Source: Acidimicrobiia bacterium
GTDB taxonomy: Bacteria; Actinomycetota; Acidimicrobiia; Spongiisociales; UBA11373
Length of the DNA: 54,233 bases
Assembly (NCBI GenBank): GCA_040878325.1
Contig: JBBDMM010000015.1
Span: forward strand, 1 to 54,233
Direction: 5' to 3'
Shown: positions 18,365 to 27,962 of the stretch, in pieces
Layout: every line of letters starts with the position of its first letter
Numbering within the stretch: position 1 is the first letter of the stretch
Notes under the pieces: generated by a model
Seen by the model: the letters and a program-made list of their open reading frames with translations, nothing else
The model's database searches: none
What the model was told of the DNA's origin: nothing
Position numbers and translations under genes: made by a program

Positions 18365-19876
18365 CTACCAGGACCTGTCGCCGATCGCCCAGATCCAGCC
18401 CTCGAGGGTGCCGACGACGATGATGCCGTCGTCGCTGATGGCCGGTGAGGAGAGGATCGGGTATCCGGACTCGCTTTCTTCGCAGAAGTCGTCGTTGAAC
18501 CCTGCAGGGAAGGTGCCGCCTGGCTGGTTCACCTGGTTCCCGAGGTAGATCTCCCACACCATGGTCCGATCGGTGAGGCTCACGGCGTACAGGCCACCGT
18601 CGTCGCGCGGCATGATCACCTGGTCTCCGGCGATCAAGGGTGAGGGCCAATGGGGCAGACAGTACGACCCGACCTCGGCGCTCCATCGCGTCTGGCCGGT
18701 GAGCAGGTCGAGGGCCACCAGCGAGTCCGAGTAGGCCTCGCCAAACAGCACCAGCTCTCCGGCGACCGCCACCGATGATCTGATGTTCGCCCAGTTGCCC
18801 GTCTTGATGCCGGCCACGTCCACCGCCTGCCAGACGATGTCTCCGGTGGCGCGGTCGAGGGCCACCACCGCCGGCTCGGCGTACACGTCGAGTCTGACGA
18901 GAGTCACGATGAGCAAATCACCGGCGATCGTGGGGGCGGCGAAGATCCGCGTCTGCTCCGCGCTTTGGCCTCGGGCGGCCACCTTCGTCCGCCACAATTC
19001 TTGGCCCGAGAAGTTGAAAGCGGCCACCTCGTTGTTCTCGCCGGCGACGAAGATCCGCTCGCCATCGGAGGAGGCTCCACCGCGGATGGCGCCATCCACC
19101 TCCGCCGGCTCATCCCATCTCGGAGTGCCCGAGTGGATGTCGTAGGCGGTCAATTGGCCGAGCCCGTCGCCAACGATGGCCATACCCCCGACTGTCAGCG
19201 GATTGCTGTAAATCGGAGTATCCAGGTCGTTGGACCAGACCAGACTGCCGTCCCGGGCATCGAAGCCCCACACCCGTCCCTCGTCTCCCGTCGCCACCAC
19301 GATGCCATCGAGGTAGCCGATGCCGTTCACGTCGAGTTCGGCCTGGTAGTACCAGTTCTGCCGGCCCGTCCTGAGGTCGAGCGAGTAAATGGCATCGCGG
19401 CGATCGGCAACGAACTGCGCCACGCCGGCGCTGCTCACGTAGATCGAGTTGCCGACGATGATCGGATTGTTGAGCCAGCCTTGGATCCCGACCTCTGCCT
19501 TCCACAGCACGCGCGGGTCGGTGATCACCCGGGTGGGGGCGGCGCAACCGGTTCTTCCCGGCCCGCCCTGGAAAGTCGTCCAGTCCTCGGCCGTCTCGAG
19601 GCACTCGAATGAGGCATCTCCCGCGAACTCGCCGCCGTCGCCTCCGGCCGGGAGCAGCAGGGTGGGGACGGTCTCGTCTTCCATGGTGATGATCGCAGCG
19701 GCGTCGGCATCCACCTCCCTGAACCCGAACCACCAGAGGGAAACGCCGAGGATCGCGACCGCCAGGCCGGGAAGCAGGATCCGGGAGATGCCGAATCTTC
19801 CTTCGAAACCGGCGAATTCCCGGCGCTTGCCGCGCCGATCACCGAAGAAGCTGACGTATTCGTGCCGGCGAGCCAT
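18365..19876 (-). CDS. Membrane-anchored PQQ-binding-like beta-propeller protein (BamB-like repeats)
   Basis: One N-terminal TM segment, WTTFQGGPGRTG, repeated A[LF]D..TG...W motifs. Confidence 0.85.
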   Translation of the reverse strand: MARRHEYVSFFGDRRGKRREFAGFEGRFGISRILLPGLAVAILGVSLWWFGFREVDADAAAIITMEDETVPTLLLPAGGDGGEFAGDASFECLETAEDWTTFQGGPGRTGCAAPTRVITDPRVLWKAEVGIQGWLNNPIIVGNSIYVSSAGVAQFVADRRDAIYSLDLRTGRQNWYYQAELDVNGIGYLDGIVVATGDEGRVWGFDARDGSLVWSNDLDTPIYSNPLTVGGMAIVGDGLGQLTAYDIHSGTPRWDEPAEVDGAIRGGASSDGERIFVAGENNEVAAFNFSGQELWRTKVAARGQSAEQTRIFAAPTIAGDLLIVTLVRLDVYAEPAVVALDRATGDIVWQAVDVAGIKTGNWANIRSSVAVAGELVLFGEAYSDSLVALDLLTGQTRWSAEVGSYCLPHWPSPLIAGDQVIMPRDDGGLYAVSLTDRTMVWEIYLGNQVNQPGGTFPAGFNDDFCEESESGYPILSSPAISDDGIIVVGTLEGWIWAIGDRSW

Positions 19877-19921
19877 GTGGTGTCCTGGGTCCAGCCGAGC
19901 GTAGGCGGAAAGTGAAAGCAA

Positions 19922-20001
19922 GCCACCAGTCACCAGTCACCAGTCACCAGCCAACAGCCACCAGCCACCAGCCACCAGCCTCTGGCCGTGGGCCGTGGGC
20001 C
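19922..20001. repeat. Heptamer repeats (CACCAGT/CACCAGC)x~8 + (GGCCGTG)x2
   Basis: gccaccagtcaccagtcaccagtcaccagccaacagccaccagccaccagccaccagcctctggccgtgggccgtgggcc. Confidence 0.85.
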
Positions 20002-20017
20002 CTCTTATCCTTCCTTT

Positions 20018-21784
20018 GTGGTTTCTAATGCCGACATTGCTCGCCATCTCTATGAAATGGCGCGGCTCGCAACTCTTGCCGAAGGGTCCAGCAATGCCTT
20101 TCGGGTTCGCGCCTACGAGACGGCGGCTCGCACCATCGACGGGCATCCCGACGCGGTGGCGGAGATGACCGGGCCTCAACTCACCGAGCTGCGCGGCGTG
20201 GGCAAGAGCACGGCGGAGAAAATTCGCGAACTTGTCGAGAAGGGCTCGATCGCGCGGCTCGAGGAGCTGCGGGCACTGTTCCCCGCTGGCTTCGTGGCGC
20301 TCACCCGGGTTCCCGGCATCGGGCCGAAGACGGCGGTGCGCCTGCGCGACGAACTGGGAATCTCGAGTGTCGAGGAACTGCGGGCGGCCATCGACCGACA
20401 TGAGCTGCGCGACATGCCGGGCATGGGGGAGAAGACCGAGGAGAACATCCGCAACTCGATCGAGCGCCTCGGTGTCGGCGGGAAGGAGAACCGAACCCCG
20501 ATCATCGAGGCGATAGGTGTCGCCCGCGAGGTCTGCGAGGCACTCCTCGGAGTGCCGGGCGTCCGATCCGCCGAGCCGATGGGGAGCCTGCGTCGATTCC
20601 GCGAGACCATCGGCGACATCGACATCATCGCGGTGACCAAAGGTGATCCGGAGGAAGTGATGCAGCGGTTCGTGGGGCTGGCCATCGTGCAGGAAGTGGT
20701 CGGGTACGGGGCCCGCAAGTCGGCCATCATCGGGAGGCAGGGGATGCAGATCGACCTACGGGTCGTGGAGCCTGCTGAGTTGGGGTCGGCGTCCGTCTAC
20801 TTCACCGGCTCGAAGGCGCACAATATCCGCTTGAGGCAGATGGCTCTCGACCGGGGCTGGACGCTGAACGAGTACGCCCTCTCAGAGATCGACACGGGGA
20901 AAGTCGTTGCCTCGAGGACCGAGGAGGACGTGTACGCCGCTCTCGGTCTGCCGTGGATTCCGCCCGAGATCCGCGAGGACGACGGCGAGATCGAGGCCGC
21001 GCTCGACGGCTCGCTTCCGAAGTTCGCCACAGAGAGGGGATTGAAGGGTGACCTGCACGTTCACACCGACCTCAGTGGCGACGGCCACGTGTCGCTGGAC
21101 GAGGTGATCGCCGCGGTCGCGGAACGCGGTTACCGGTACGTCGCGATCACCGACCACGCCGAGGATCTCACGATCAACGGCGCCACCCGCGACCAGCTTC
21201 TCAGCCAGCGCCGGGCGATCGGGCGGCTGCGCCGCCGCTATCCCGACCTGGCCATCCTCCAGGGGCTCGAACTGAACATCGGGGCCGGCGGCACCATCGA
21301 CTACGACCCGGATTTCCTTTCTGGTTTCGACTTTGGCGTGGCCAGCGTCCACAGCCAGTTCCGGCTTTCCCCGAAGAAGCAGACCGCCCGGGTGGTCGCC
21401 GCGATGCGCAACCCGGCGGTGAATGTCATCGGACACCTCACGGGCCGGCGAATCGGGAAGCGGCCGGGTATCGACCTCGACATCGACGCGGTGCTGGCGG
21501 TGGCCGTCGAGACCGGCTGCGCGCTCGAGATCAACTGCCACCTCGACCGTCTCGACACCCCGTCCGAAGTCCTTCGCCGGGCCATCGAGCACCCGGAGGT
21601 GGTGTTCGCCATCAGCACCGACACCCACCGCCTCCACGAACTGGACAACACGGTAAATGGCCTCCGCCTCGCCCGCCGGGGCTGGGTCGACCGCAGCCGG
21701 GTGGTGAACACCTGGCCGCAAAAGAAGTTCCTGGCGTGGGTGAAGAGGAAGCGCAATTCGCAATTCGCAATTCGCAATACGTAG
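20018..21784 (+). CDS. polX: DNA polymerase X with PHP domain
   Basis: FRVRAY, HhH GVGK/GIGPK, GSLRR..ETIGDID, IDLR, FTGSKAHN; PHP domain DLHVHT, ITDH, GHLTGR, STDTH. Confidence 0.95.
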   Translation: MVSNADIARHLYEMARLATLAEGSSNAFRVRAYETAARTIDGHPDAVAEMTGPQLTELRGVGKSTAEKIRELVEKGSIARLEELRALFPAGFVALTRVPGIGPKTAVRLRDELGISSVEELRAAIDRHELRDMPGMGEKTEENIRNSIERLGVGGKENRTPIIEAIGVAREVCEALLGVPGVRSAEPMGSLRRFRETIGDIDIIAVTKGDPEEVMQRFVGLAIVQEVVGYGARKSAIIGRQGMQIDLRVVEPAELGSASVYFTGSKAHNIRLRQMALDRGWTLNEYALSEIDTGKVVASRTEEDVYAALGLPWIPPEIREDDGEIEAALDGSLPKFATERGLKGDLHVHTDLSGDGHVSLDEVIAAVAERGYRYVAITDHAEDLTINGATRDQLLSQRRAIGRLRRRYPDLAILQGLELNIGAGGTIDYDPDFLSGFDFGVASVHSQFRLSPKKQTARVVAAMRNPAVNVIGHLTGRRIGKRPGIDLDIDAVLAVAVETGCALEINCHLDRLDTPSEVLRRAIEHPEVVFAISTDTHRLHELDNTVNGLRLARRGWVDRSRVVNTWPQKKFLAWVKRKRNSQFAIRNT

Positions 21785-21935
21785 GAACGGGAAACACTCT
21801 CTCGGCGGTGGGGCGATCGGCCGCGCCGCGGTTTCTGCGATGCGCGATGCGCAATGCGCGGACTCATTGGGCCCTCGGACGCGGTCTTCGCATTGCGCAT
21901 TGCGTATTGCGCATCGCGAATCGCGAATCGCGAAC
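21752..21935. repeat. Nested heptamer elements: (CGCAATT)x4, GCGCAAT/ATTGCGC hairpin, (CGCGAAT)x3
   Basis: cgcaattcgcaattcgcaattcgcaatac ... ggtttctgcgatgcgcgatgcgcaatgcgcg ... cgcattgcgcattgcgtattgcgcatcgcgaatcgcgaatcgcgaa. Confidence 0.85.
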
Positions 21936-21959
21936 GGGCTCGCCTAGCCTGGTCGCAAC

Positions 21960-23003
21960 ATGAACCCCTCCGAAGAGCGCATCGCTCTTTTCTTCGACTT
22001 CGAGAACCTTGCGATCGGGGCGCGTGAGGATCTCAACGGTCATGTTTTCAATGTGAAGCCCATCGCCGATGCTCTCGCCGAGCGGGGGCGGGTGATCGTC
22101 CGGCGGGCATACGCCGACTGGAACCTCTTCGAGGAATTCAGGCGGATGCTCGTCGAGCACCACGTCGAGATGATCGAGATCCCCCAGCGACTTGGGTCGG
22201 TCAGGAAGAATGCCGCTGACATCAAGATGGCGGTCGATGCCATTGAATTGTCCTTCGAGCGTGAGTACATCACGACGTTCGTCATCGCCACCGGCGACAG
22301 TGACTTCACGCCGTTGGTCCACAAGCTGCGCGAATTGAATCGTCGGGTGGTTGGCATCGGTCTCAAGGCGTCGACGTCGGCATTGCTCCCGCCGGCGTGT
22401 GACGAGTTCCTGTTCTACGAGTCGCTTGAGGGTGTCGAGCCTCCGCCGCGGACGGCGCGGCCGAAGCCGGGTAAGACCACCGACGCTCCGGTGGACAAGC
22501 CCCCGACGGAGCCCGACGGTGAGGCAGCCAACCTCGAGCGGCTGATCACCCAGACCCTCGCCGGTCTGCAGCGCTCGGCAGACGGTGTGGTGTTGGCGTC
22601 GAACCTCAAGCGGGCACTGCTGCGGAAGGACCCCACGTTCTCGGAGGCTGATCACGGGTTCCGAGCGTTCGGCGAGCTGCTCCGCCATCTGCAGGAGCGC
22701 GGGGTGATCGACCTGAGTGAGGGCGGAGCGCGCGGCGACCCTGAGGTGAACTTCCGTGAGGAAGGTGGGCAGGAGGAGCAGGCGTTCGTGCTGCTCCGAC
22801 GGGTGGTCGAGAAGGCGAAGTCCGGATCTGCGCCGCTGTCAGGCCTGAAGGATGCGATCCGAAAGATAGAACCCGGCTTCAGCGAGAAGGCCTACGGCTA
22901 CAACGGATTTCTCCAGTTCACTAGAGCGGCGGCGGCGCGCGGAGTGGTCGAGATGGTCTGGTCCGACGACGCCGACGACTACCTGGTGGCGCTTCCCGGC
23001 TGA
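21960..23003 (+). CDS. NYN domain protein with two OST-HTH/LOTUS domains
   Basis: FFDFEN, RAYADW, KNAADI, TGDSDF, ACDEF; two P.FSE..[HY]G[FY]..F motifs. Confidence 0.9.
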   Translation: MNPSEERIALFFDFENLAIGAREDLNGHVFNVKPIADALAERGRVIVRRAYADWNLFEEFRRMLVEHHVEMIEIPQRLGSVRKNAADIKMAVDAIELSFEREYITTFVIATGDSDFTPLVHKLRELNRRVVGIGLKASTSALLPPACDEFLFYESLEGVEPPPRTARPKPGKTTDAPVDKPPTEPDGEAANLERLITQTLAGLQRSADGVVLASNLKRALLRKDPTFSEADHGFRAFGELLRHLQERGVIDLSEGGARGDPEVNFREEGGQEEQAFVLLRRVVEKAKSGSAPLSGLKDAIRKIEPGFSEKAYGYNGFLQFTRAAAARGVVEMVWSDDADDYLVALPG

Positions 23004-23768
23004 ATGCAACCCATCGCTTTCCTTCGAGAGGTCACCGAGTCGTTCGCCCGATGCGTGACCCGCATCCCTGCGGTGCCCCCTCTCGATCCCGGACTCGCCC
23101 GCCGACAGCACCGTGGCTATCGGGATGCCCTCGAGGCGGGGGGCTACGAGGTGGTCGTCGTGCCCGGCGATGAGGCTCACCCGGACGGCTGCTTCATCGA
23201 GGACGCAGCGGCGGTGATCGGTGACACCGCCTTGATGGCCAGGTCGGGTCACCCGTCACGGCGGGGCGAGGTGGGGCCGGTCGCTGAAGCCCTGGCCGGA
23301 TACTTCGCCGTCGAGCACCTGGACGATGGCACCCTCGATGGAGGGGATGTGCTTCAAATGGGAAGGACGGTGTTCGTGGGGACCGGAGGCCGGACGGACC
23401 CGGCCGGCGCTCGGCGGCTCGCCACTCTTGCCGCACGTGCGGGCAAGCGGCTTGTCGAGGTCACGGTGCGGGATGCTTTGCATCTCAAGTCGGGGGTAAC
23501 CGCGATCGACGACGACACGGTGCTGTGGCATCCGGCGGCCTGCGACCGGGAGACATTCGATGGGATGCGCGTCGTCGAGGTGGAGGGAACCGATCCGGAA
23601 GCGGCCAATGTGGTGCGGCTCGCCGATGGCACCATCCTGGTGGGGGTGGGGCGCGACGCTGTAGCCGACCAGATCGTGAGCCTCGGCTACCAGGTGATTG
23701 CCTGCGACACGTCCGAGTTCGCCCGCGCCGATGGGGGCTTGACGTGTCTATCGATCCGGGTCAGGTGA
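23004..23768 (+). CDS. Dimethylarginine dimethylaminohydrolase / amidinotransferase family
   Basis: HPD.CFIED, SRRGE, LDGGDV, HLKS, DGGLTCLS. Confidence 0.9.
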   Translation: MQPIAFLREVTESFARCVTRIPAVPPLDPGLARRQHRGYRDALEAGGYEVVVVPGDEAHPDGCFIEDAAAVIGDTALMARSGHPSRRGEVGPVAEALAGYFAVEHLDDGTLDGGDVLQMGRTVFVGTGGRTDPAGARRLATLAARAGKRLVEVTVRDALHLKSGVTAIDDDTVLWHPAACDRETFDGMRVVEVEGTDPEAANVVRLADGTILVGVGRDAVADQIVSLGYQVIACDTSEFARADGGLTCLSIRVR

Positions 23769-23793
23769 GATCGGCCGCCATTATCCTGGGGCG

Positions 23794-24258
23794 ATGGCCG
23801 ATGACGCAGCACCAGACGGGCCGGATGCCGTAGAGACGCCGAGGTACGAGGAGGGCTCGTTCGCCAGCGCGCCCAAGTTGATGCGCATCGCTTCGATGAC
23901 GCGGGCGATGCTCGAGGAGACCAGACAGGCTCCGTTGGACGATGCGGGGCGACGCCGCATGGCGGAGATACACGAGAGCACTCTCGAGGAGATGAAGGAT
24001 GTGCTGTCCTCGGATCTGCGCACCGAGATGAACGAGTTGTTCACGCCCCTCTCCAGGGAGAGTGTGACCGAGGCCGAATTGCGGGTGACCCAGGCGCAGC
24101 TGGTCGGCTGGCTCGAAGGGTTGTTTGCCGGAATCCAGGCGACACTGTGGAGCCAGCAAGCGGCCGCTGCCAGCCAGTTGCAGGAGATTCGCATGCGAGC
24201 GATAGAGGCGCAGCGACGCGACCCGGGAGAGCCGACGCCGCCGGGCCAATACCTCTGA
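23794..24258 (+). CDS. bpa: Bacterial proteasome activator (Bpa/PafE)
   Basis: KLMRIASM, ELRVTQAQLVGWLEGLF.GIQ, C-terminal GQYL HbYX-type motif. Confidence 0.93.
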   Translation: MADDAAPDGPDAVETPRYEEGSFASAPKLMRIASMTRAMLEETRQAPLDDAGRRRMAEIHESTLEEMKDVLSSDLRTEMNELFTPLSRESVTEAELRVTQAQLVGWLEGLFAGIQATLWSQQAAAASQLQEIRMRAIEAQRRDPGEPTPPGQYL

Positions 24259-24308
24259 TGGGCGCGGCCGCGGCGGGGATCGATCGTCGCCACGGGTTCC
24301 GCCTCTAG

Positions 24309-25313
24309 ATGTCCGAGTCGAGAGGACGGCGCCTCCGGCGTCGGCTGCGCACCGTTCCCGCGACTCTCGGGCTCCTCGTCCTCGCCACGGTGCTGGCACC
24401 GTTGTGGCTGATCGTCGGCGTGCTGGTCGATGTCGTCCGTTGGGTGGTCGGGCGCCGACCATTCATGGCGGTGCGGATGCTCGCCTTCGGCTGGGTCTAC
24501 CTCGCGGTGGGGGCGTGGTGCCTCGCCACTCTGCTCGTCCATTGGGTCGCCGCCGGTTTCGGCAGAAACCGCATGAGGATGAGGGAGGGGTCGTACCGGC
24601 TGCAGGAGTGGTGGGCAGACGTGCTGTTCGGCACCGTGAAGCGGATCTTCCGACTCAGGGTCACGGTCGAGGGTCTCGACGTGGTGCCCCCCGGTCCGGT
24701 GATCGTGATGATGCGCCACGCCAGCATCATCGACACGTTGTTGCCGAACGTCTTCGTGACCCGCGGTGCGGGAATCCGCCTGCGGTACGTGCTCAAGCGT
24801 GAGCTGCTTGCCGATCCGACCCTCGACATCGCCGGAAATCGCCTGATCAATCACTTTGTCGACCGCGATGGCGACGTGGCGGTCGAAGTCGGCGCCGTGC
24901 TCGCCCTCACCGAAGGGATGACCGAACGGGAGGGGGTTCTGATCTACCCGGAAGGAACCCGCTTCACCGCCGAGCGACGACAGCGAATCGTCGACCAGCT
25001 GGGTGAGCGGTCATCCGATCTGGCCGACCGGACGCGCGCACTCAAGCGGGTTCTTCCGCCGCGGCCGGGCGGTTCGGCCGTGCTGCTCGGGACGGGTCAC
25101 GATGTGATAATCGCCGCCCACACCGGTCTCGAGCCCCTCGCCACCATTCCTGCCGCATGGTCGGGCAGCGTGGTCGGCTCAGACGTGAGGATTCGATTCG
25201 AGCGCTTCGCCGGCGGCTCGATTCCGACCGACCGGCGGGGCCGGGTCGAGTGGCTCTTCGACCGGTGGGCGGAAATTGACAAGTGGATCCTGAAAGTCGC
25301 TCCCGCCGACTGA
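24309..25313 (+). CDS. 1-acyl-sn-glycerol-3-phosphate acyltransferase family
   Basis: RHASIID (HxxxxD) and IYPEGTR motifs; N-terminal TM segments. Confidence 0.88.
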   Translation: MSESRGRRLRRRLRTVPATLGLLVLATVLAPLWLIVGVLVDVVRWVVGRRPFMAVRMLAFGWVYLAVGAWCLATLLVHWVAAGFGRNRMRMREGSYRLQEWWADVLFGTVKRIFRLRVTVEGLDVVPPGPVIVMMRHASIIDTLLPNVFVTRGAGIRLRYVLKRELLADPTLDIAGNRLINHFVDRDGDVAVEVGAVLALTEGMTEREGVLIYPEGTRFTAERRQRIVDQLGERSSDLADRTRALKRVLPPRPGGSAVLLGTGHDVIIAAHTGLEPLATIPAAWSGSVVGSDVRIRFERFAGGSIPTDRRGRVEWLFDRWAEIDKWILKVAPAD

Positions 25314-25314
25314 A

Positions 25315-25400
25315 AGCCCCAGCCCCGGCCCCGGCTCCAGCCTGAACCGGCGCGGCCCCATCTACCCGTTCTGGCCGGAGCTGGAGCTGGGGCTGGGGCC
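25315..25400. repeat. Inverted hexamer-repeat hairpin (CCCCAG/CTGGGG) between convergent genes
   Basis: agccccagccccggccccggctccagcc ... ggccggagctggagctggggctggggcc. Confidence 0.75.
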
Positions 25401-25921
25401 TAGCCCTCGGTGTCTGCCGGGTGAATGGTTACGGAATTGATGACCGGTGGCTCGGCTGGTCGATCGTCGCCGCCGCGGGGGAGGGCGGCGATCGCGTCCA
25501 CGACATCCATTCCGTCGGTGACCCGTCCGAAGATCGTGTACTGGTGGGGCAACCCGGTGTCGCCGTGGCAGATGAAGAATTGGGACCCGTTGGTGTTCGG
25601 GCCGGCATTTGCCATCGCCACGGTCCCCCGGGGATAGCCCCCCGGCCCCTCCAGTTCGTCGCGGAACTGATATCCGGGACCGCCGGTGCCCTTCCCGGTG
25701 GGATCGCCGCCCTGGATGACGAATTTGGGAATGACTCGATGGAAGATGACGCCGTCGTAGAAGCCCTCGCCGGCGAGGAACAAGAAGCTGCTGGTGGCGA
25801 TTGGCGCTCTGTCGGCGAGGAAATCGATCGTGATGTCGCCCAGTGAGGTGTGCAGGGTGGCCGAATGGCGGGTGTCGAGGTCGATCGTGATCACAGGGGG
25901 AGCGGAATACTGCTTTGCCAC
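25400..25921 (-). CDS. Cyclophilin-type peptidyl-prolyl cis-trans isomerase
   Basis: FYDG..FHRVI..FVIQGGDP.G.GTGGPGY, AMANAGPNTNGSQFFI. Confidence 0.95.
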   Translation of the reverse strand: MAKQYSAPPVITIDLDTRHSATLHTSLGDITIDFLADRAPIATSSFLFLAGEGFYDGVIFHRVIPKFVIQGGDPTGKGTGGPGYQFRDELEGPGGYPRGTVAMANAGPNTNGSQFFICHGDTGLPHQYTIFGRVTDGMDVVDAIAALPRGGDDRPAEPPVINSVTIHPADTEG

Positions 25922-25986
25922 GCCGGGCCCTTCCATTGGGGAAGGGCACCCTAGACCCGGCAAACCCCCCGTTCACAGCCCAGGAT

Positions 25987-26023
25987 CCGTCTTACGCGCG
26001 AGATGTGCGCGTAAGACGGTTTT
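25987..26023. terminator. Strong hairpin, probable intrinsic terminator after the acyl-CoA dehydrogenase
   Basis: CCGTCTTACGCGC-gagatgt-GCGCGTAAGACGG perfect 13-bp stem; T-run on the + side. Confidence 0.6.
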
Positions 26024-26035
26024 GTAGTTCCGCGA

Positions 26036-27811
26036 TCAGCGGTCGAGGGCCTCCTCCGGCACCCCGAAAGTCGTGGCGGCGCCGGCTATCACGGAATGGA
26101 GCATTCCGGGAACGGTTGAAAGGTGGTGGTCGGCGTAGAAGCCGGCGGTGGCTCGCTTGGCCTCGAGGAATTCCCGGTCGAAGCCGTCACCATCATCCGC
26201 CGCCAGCACCGACTGGACGAGGAACCATCCACCGAGCGTGAGTCCCAGCATCGTGGTGTAGACGGTGGCACCGGCGAGGGCGTCCGCCAGGCGGTCGCCG
26301 AGTGCCCCGAGCAGGTCTTCGGTCGCCTTCTCGGTCGCCTCCACGGCCGCGGCCAGTTGCTCGCCCAGGGTGGTACCGGCGAGGGCCCGGGCATCGTTCC
26401 GGGCTGCGGACAGCAGCCCGCGGATGGCGTCGCCCCCGGCGAGCGGGAGCTTGCGGGTGACGAGGTCGATCGCCTGGATCCCGTTCGTCCCTTCGTAGAT
26501 GGGGGCGATCCGTGAGTCGCGCCAGAGTCGGGCGATCCCCGTCTCCTCCACATAGCCCATTCCCCCGTAGACCTGGATCGCCACCGAGGCGAGGGAGACG
26601 CCGAGGTCGGTGCCCCAGGCCTTCGACACCGGGGTGAGGATCCCGGCGATGTCCGACTCGGCGTCGCGGACGGCCTCGTCGGGGTGATGGTGTGCCAGGT
26701 CGATGGCCACCGCATTGCGGTACATCAGGCAGCGCATCGCCTCGATCTGGGACCGCATCTGCATGAGCATGTGCCGCACGTCGGGGTGGCGCACGATCGG
26801 GGAGGTCCCCTGGTCGTCGCCCACGGCCCTTCCCTGGGTGCGTTGCCGGGCGTAGGCAACGGCTTCTTGATAGGCCCGCTCGGCGATGGCGAGCCCCTCC
26901 AGCCCTATCTGGAGGCGGGCGTTGTTCATCATCGTGAACATGTAGCGCATCCCCTGGTTCTCCTCGCCCACCAGGTAGCCGACCGCGCCCTCCCCCTTCT
27001 CTCCGAACGACAGCACGCAGGTGGGGCTGGCGTGGATCCCCACCTTGTGTTCGAGTGACACGGTGGTGATGTCGTTCAGCTCACCGACCGAGCCGTCCGC
27101 TTCAACGAGGCGCTTCGGCACGATGAAGGCCGAGATCCCCTTCGTCCCAGTCGGGGCGTCGGGGGTCCGTGCCAGCACGATGTGGACGATGTTGTCGGCG
27201 AGGTCGTGGTCGCCCCAGGTGATGAAGATCTTGGTGCCGGTGAGGCGATAGGTCCCATCCGCGGCCTTCACCGCGCGGGTCGAAACCGCGCCGACGTCTG
27301 ATCCGGCATGAGGTTCGGTCAGCACCATGGTGCCCGTCCACTCTCCGCTGATCAGTCGCTCGAGGTAGGTGGCCCGCTGCTGGTCGGTGCCGTGCTGGAG
27401 GAGCATTTCGTCGGCCGAGTAGGTCAGCATCGGACAAAGGGAAAACGCCATGTCCGCCGACGTCAGCATTTCCTGAAGGGCTACCCCTACGGCCCACGGG
27501 AGCCCTCCACCGCCCCACTCTGGGGGCATCGCCGCCGCCGGCCATCCGGCGTCACGAAACTTTCGATACGCCTCGCGGTACCCGGGAGGCGTCACCACGG
27601 TCCCGTCGGCCGCAAGGACAGAGCCGACCCGATCGCCGTCGGGTCCGAGCGGGGCGATGACCTCCGCCATGAACCTCCCCGCCTCTTCGAGAACGCCCCC
27701 GGCCGTGTCAGCGTCGATGTGCGAGAAGGCGTCCAGCGCCGTGACCCGTTCGAGCCCGACCACCCGGGTGAGCGCAAAGAGCATGTCGGTGACGGGAGCG
27801 CGATAGCCCAT
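26036..27811 (-). CDS. Acyl-CoA dehydrogenase (long, DmdC/FadE5-like)
   Basis: GTMVLTEPHAGSD, GTKIFITWG, EHKVGIHASPT, IYEGTNGIQAIDL. Confidence 0.93.
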   Translation of the reverse strand: MGYRAPVTDMLFALTRVVGLERVTALDAFSHIDADTAGGVLEEAGRFMAEVIAPLGPDGDRVGSVLAADGTVVTPPGYREAYRKFRDAGWPAAAMPPEWGGGGLPWAVGVALQEMLTSADMAFSLCPMLTYSADEMLLQHGTDQQRATYLERLISGEWTGTMVLTEPHAGSDVGAVSTRAVKAADGTYRLTGTKIFITWGDHDLADNIVHIVLARTPDAPTGTKGISAFIVPKRLVEADGSVGELNDITTVSLEHKVGIHASPTCVLSFGEKGEGAVGYLVGEENQGMRYMFTMMNNARLQIGLEGLAIAERAYQEAVAYARQRTQGRAVGDDQGTSPIVRHPDVRHMLMQMRSQIEAMRCLMYRNAVAIDLAHHHPDEAVRDAESDIAGILTPVSKAWGTDLGVSLASVAIQVYGGMGYVEETGIARLWRDSRIAPIYEGTNGIQAIDLVTRKLPLAGGDAIRGLLSAARNDARALAGTTLGEQLAAAVEATEKATEDLLGALGDRLADALAGATVYTTMLGLTLGGWFLVQSVLAADDGDGFDREFLEAKRATAGFYADHHLSTVPGMLHSVIAGAATTFGVPEEALDR

Positions 27812-27831
27812 TACCAGCGGGAGGGTAACCG

Positions 27832-27955
27832 GGCCTCGCTTCGCTCGGCCACGATTGGCGATTGGCAATTCACAATTCGACCGAGCGGCCTTGCCCTCCT
27901 CTTCCCTCTTGCGGAAGGCGGATGGCGGATGGCGGATGGCGGATGGCGGATGGCC
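27832..27955. repeat. 19-bp GGCC-capped motif + CGATTGG heptamers, and TCTTGC + (GGCGGAT)x5
   Basis: GGCCTCGCTTCGCTCGGCCacgattggcgattggcaatt ... tcttgcggaaggcggatggcggatggcggatggcggatggcggatggcc. Confidence 0.85.
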
Positions 27956-27962
27956 TTGCCGC

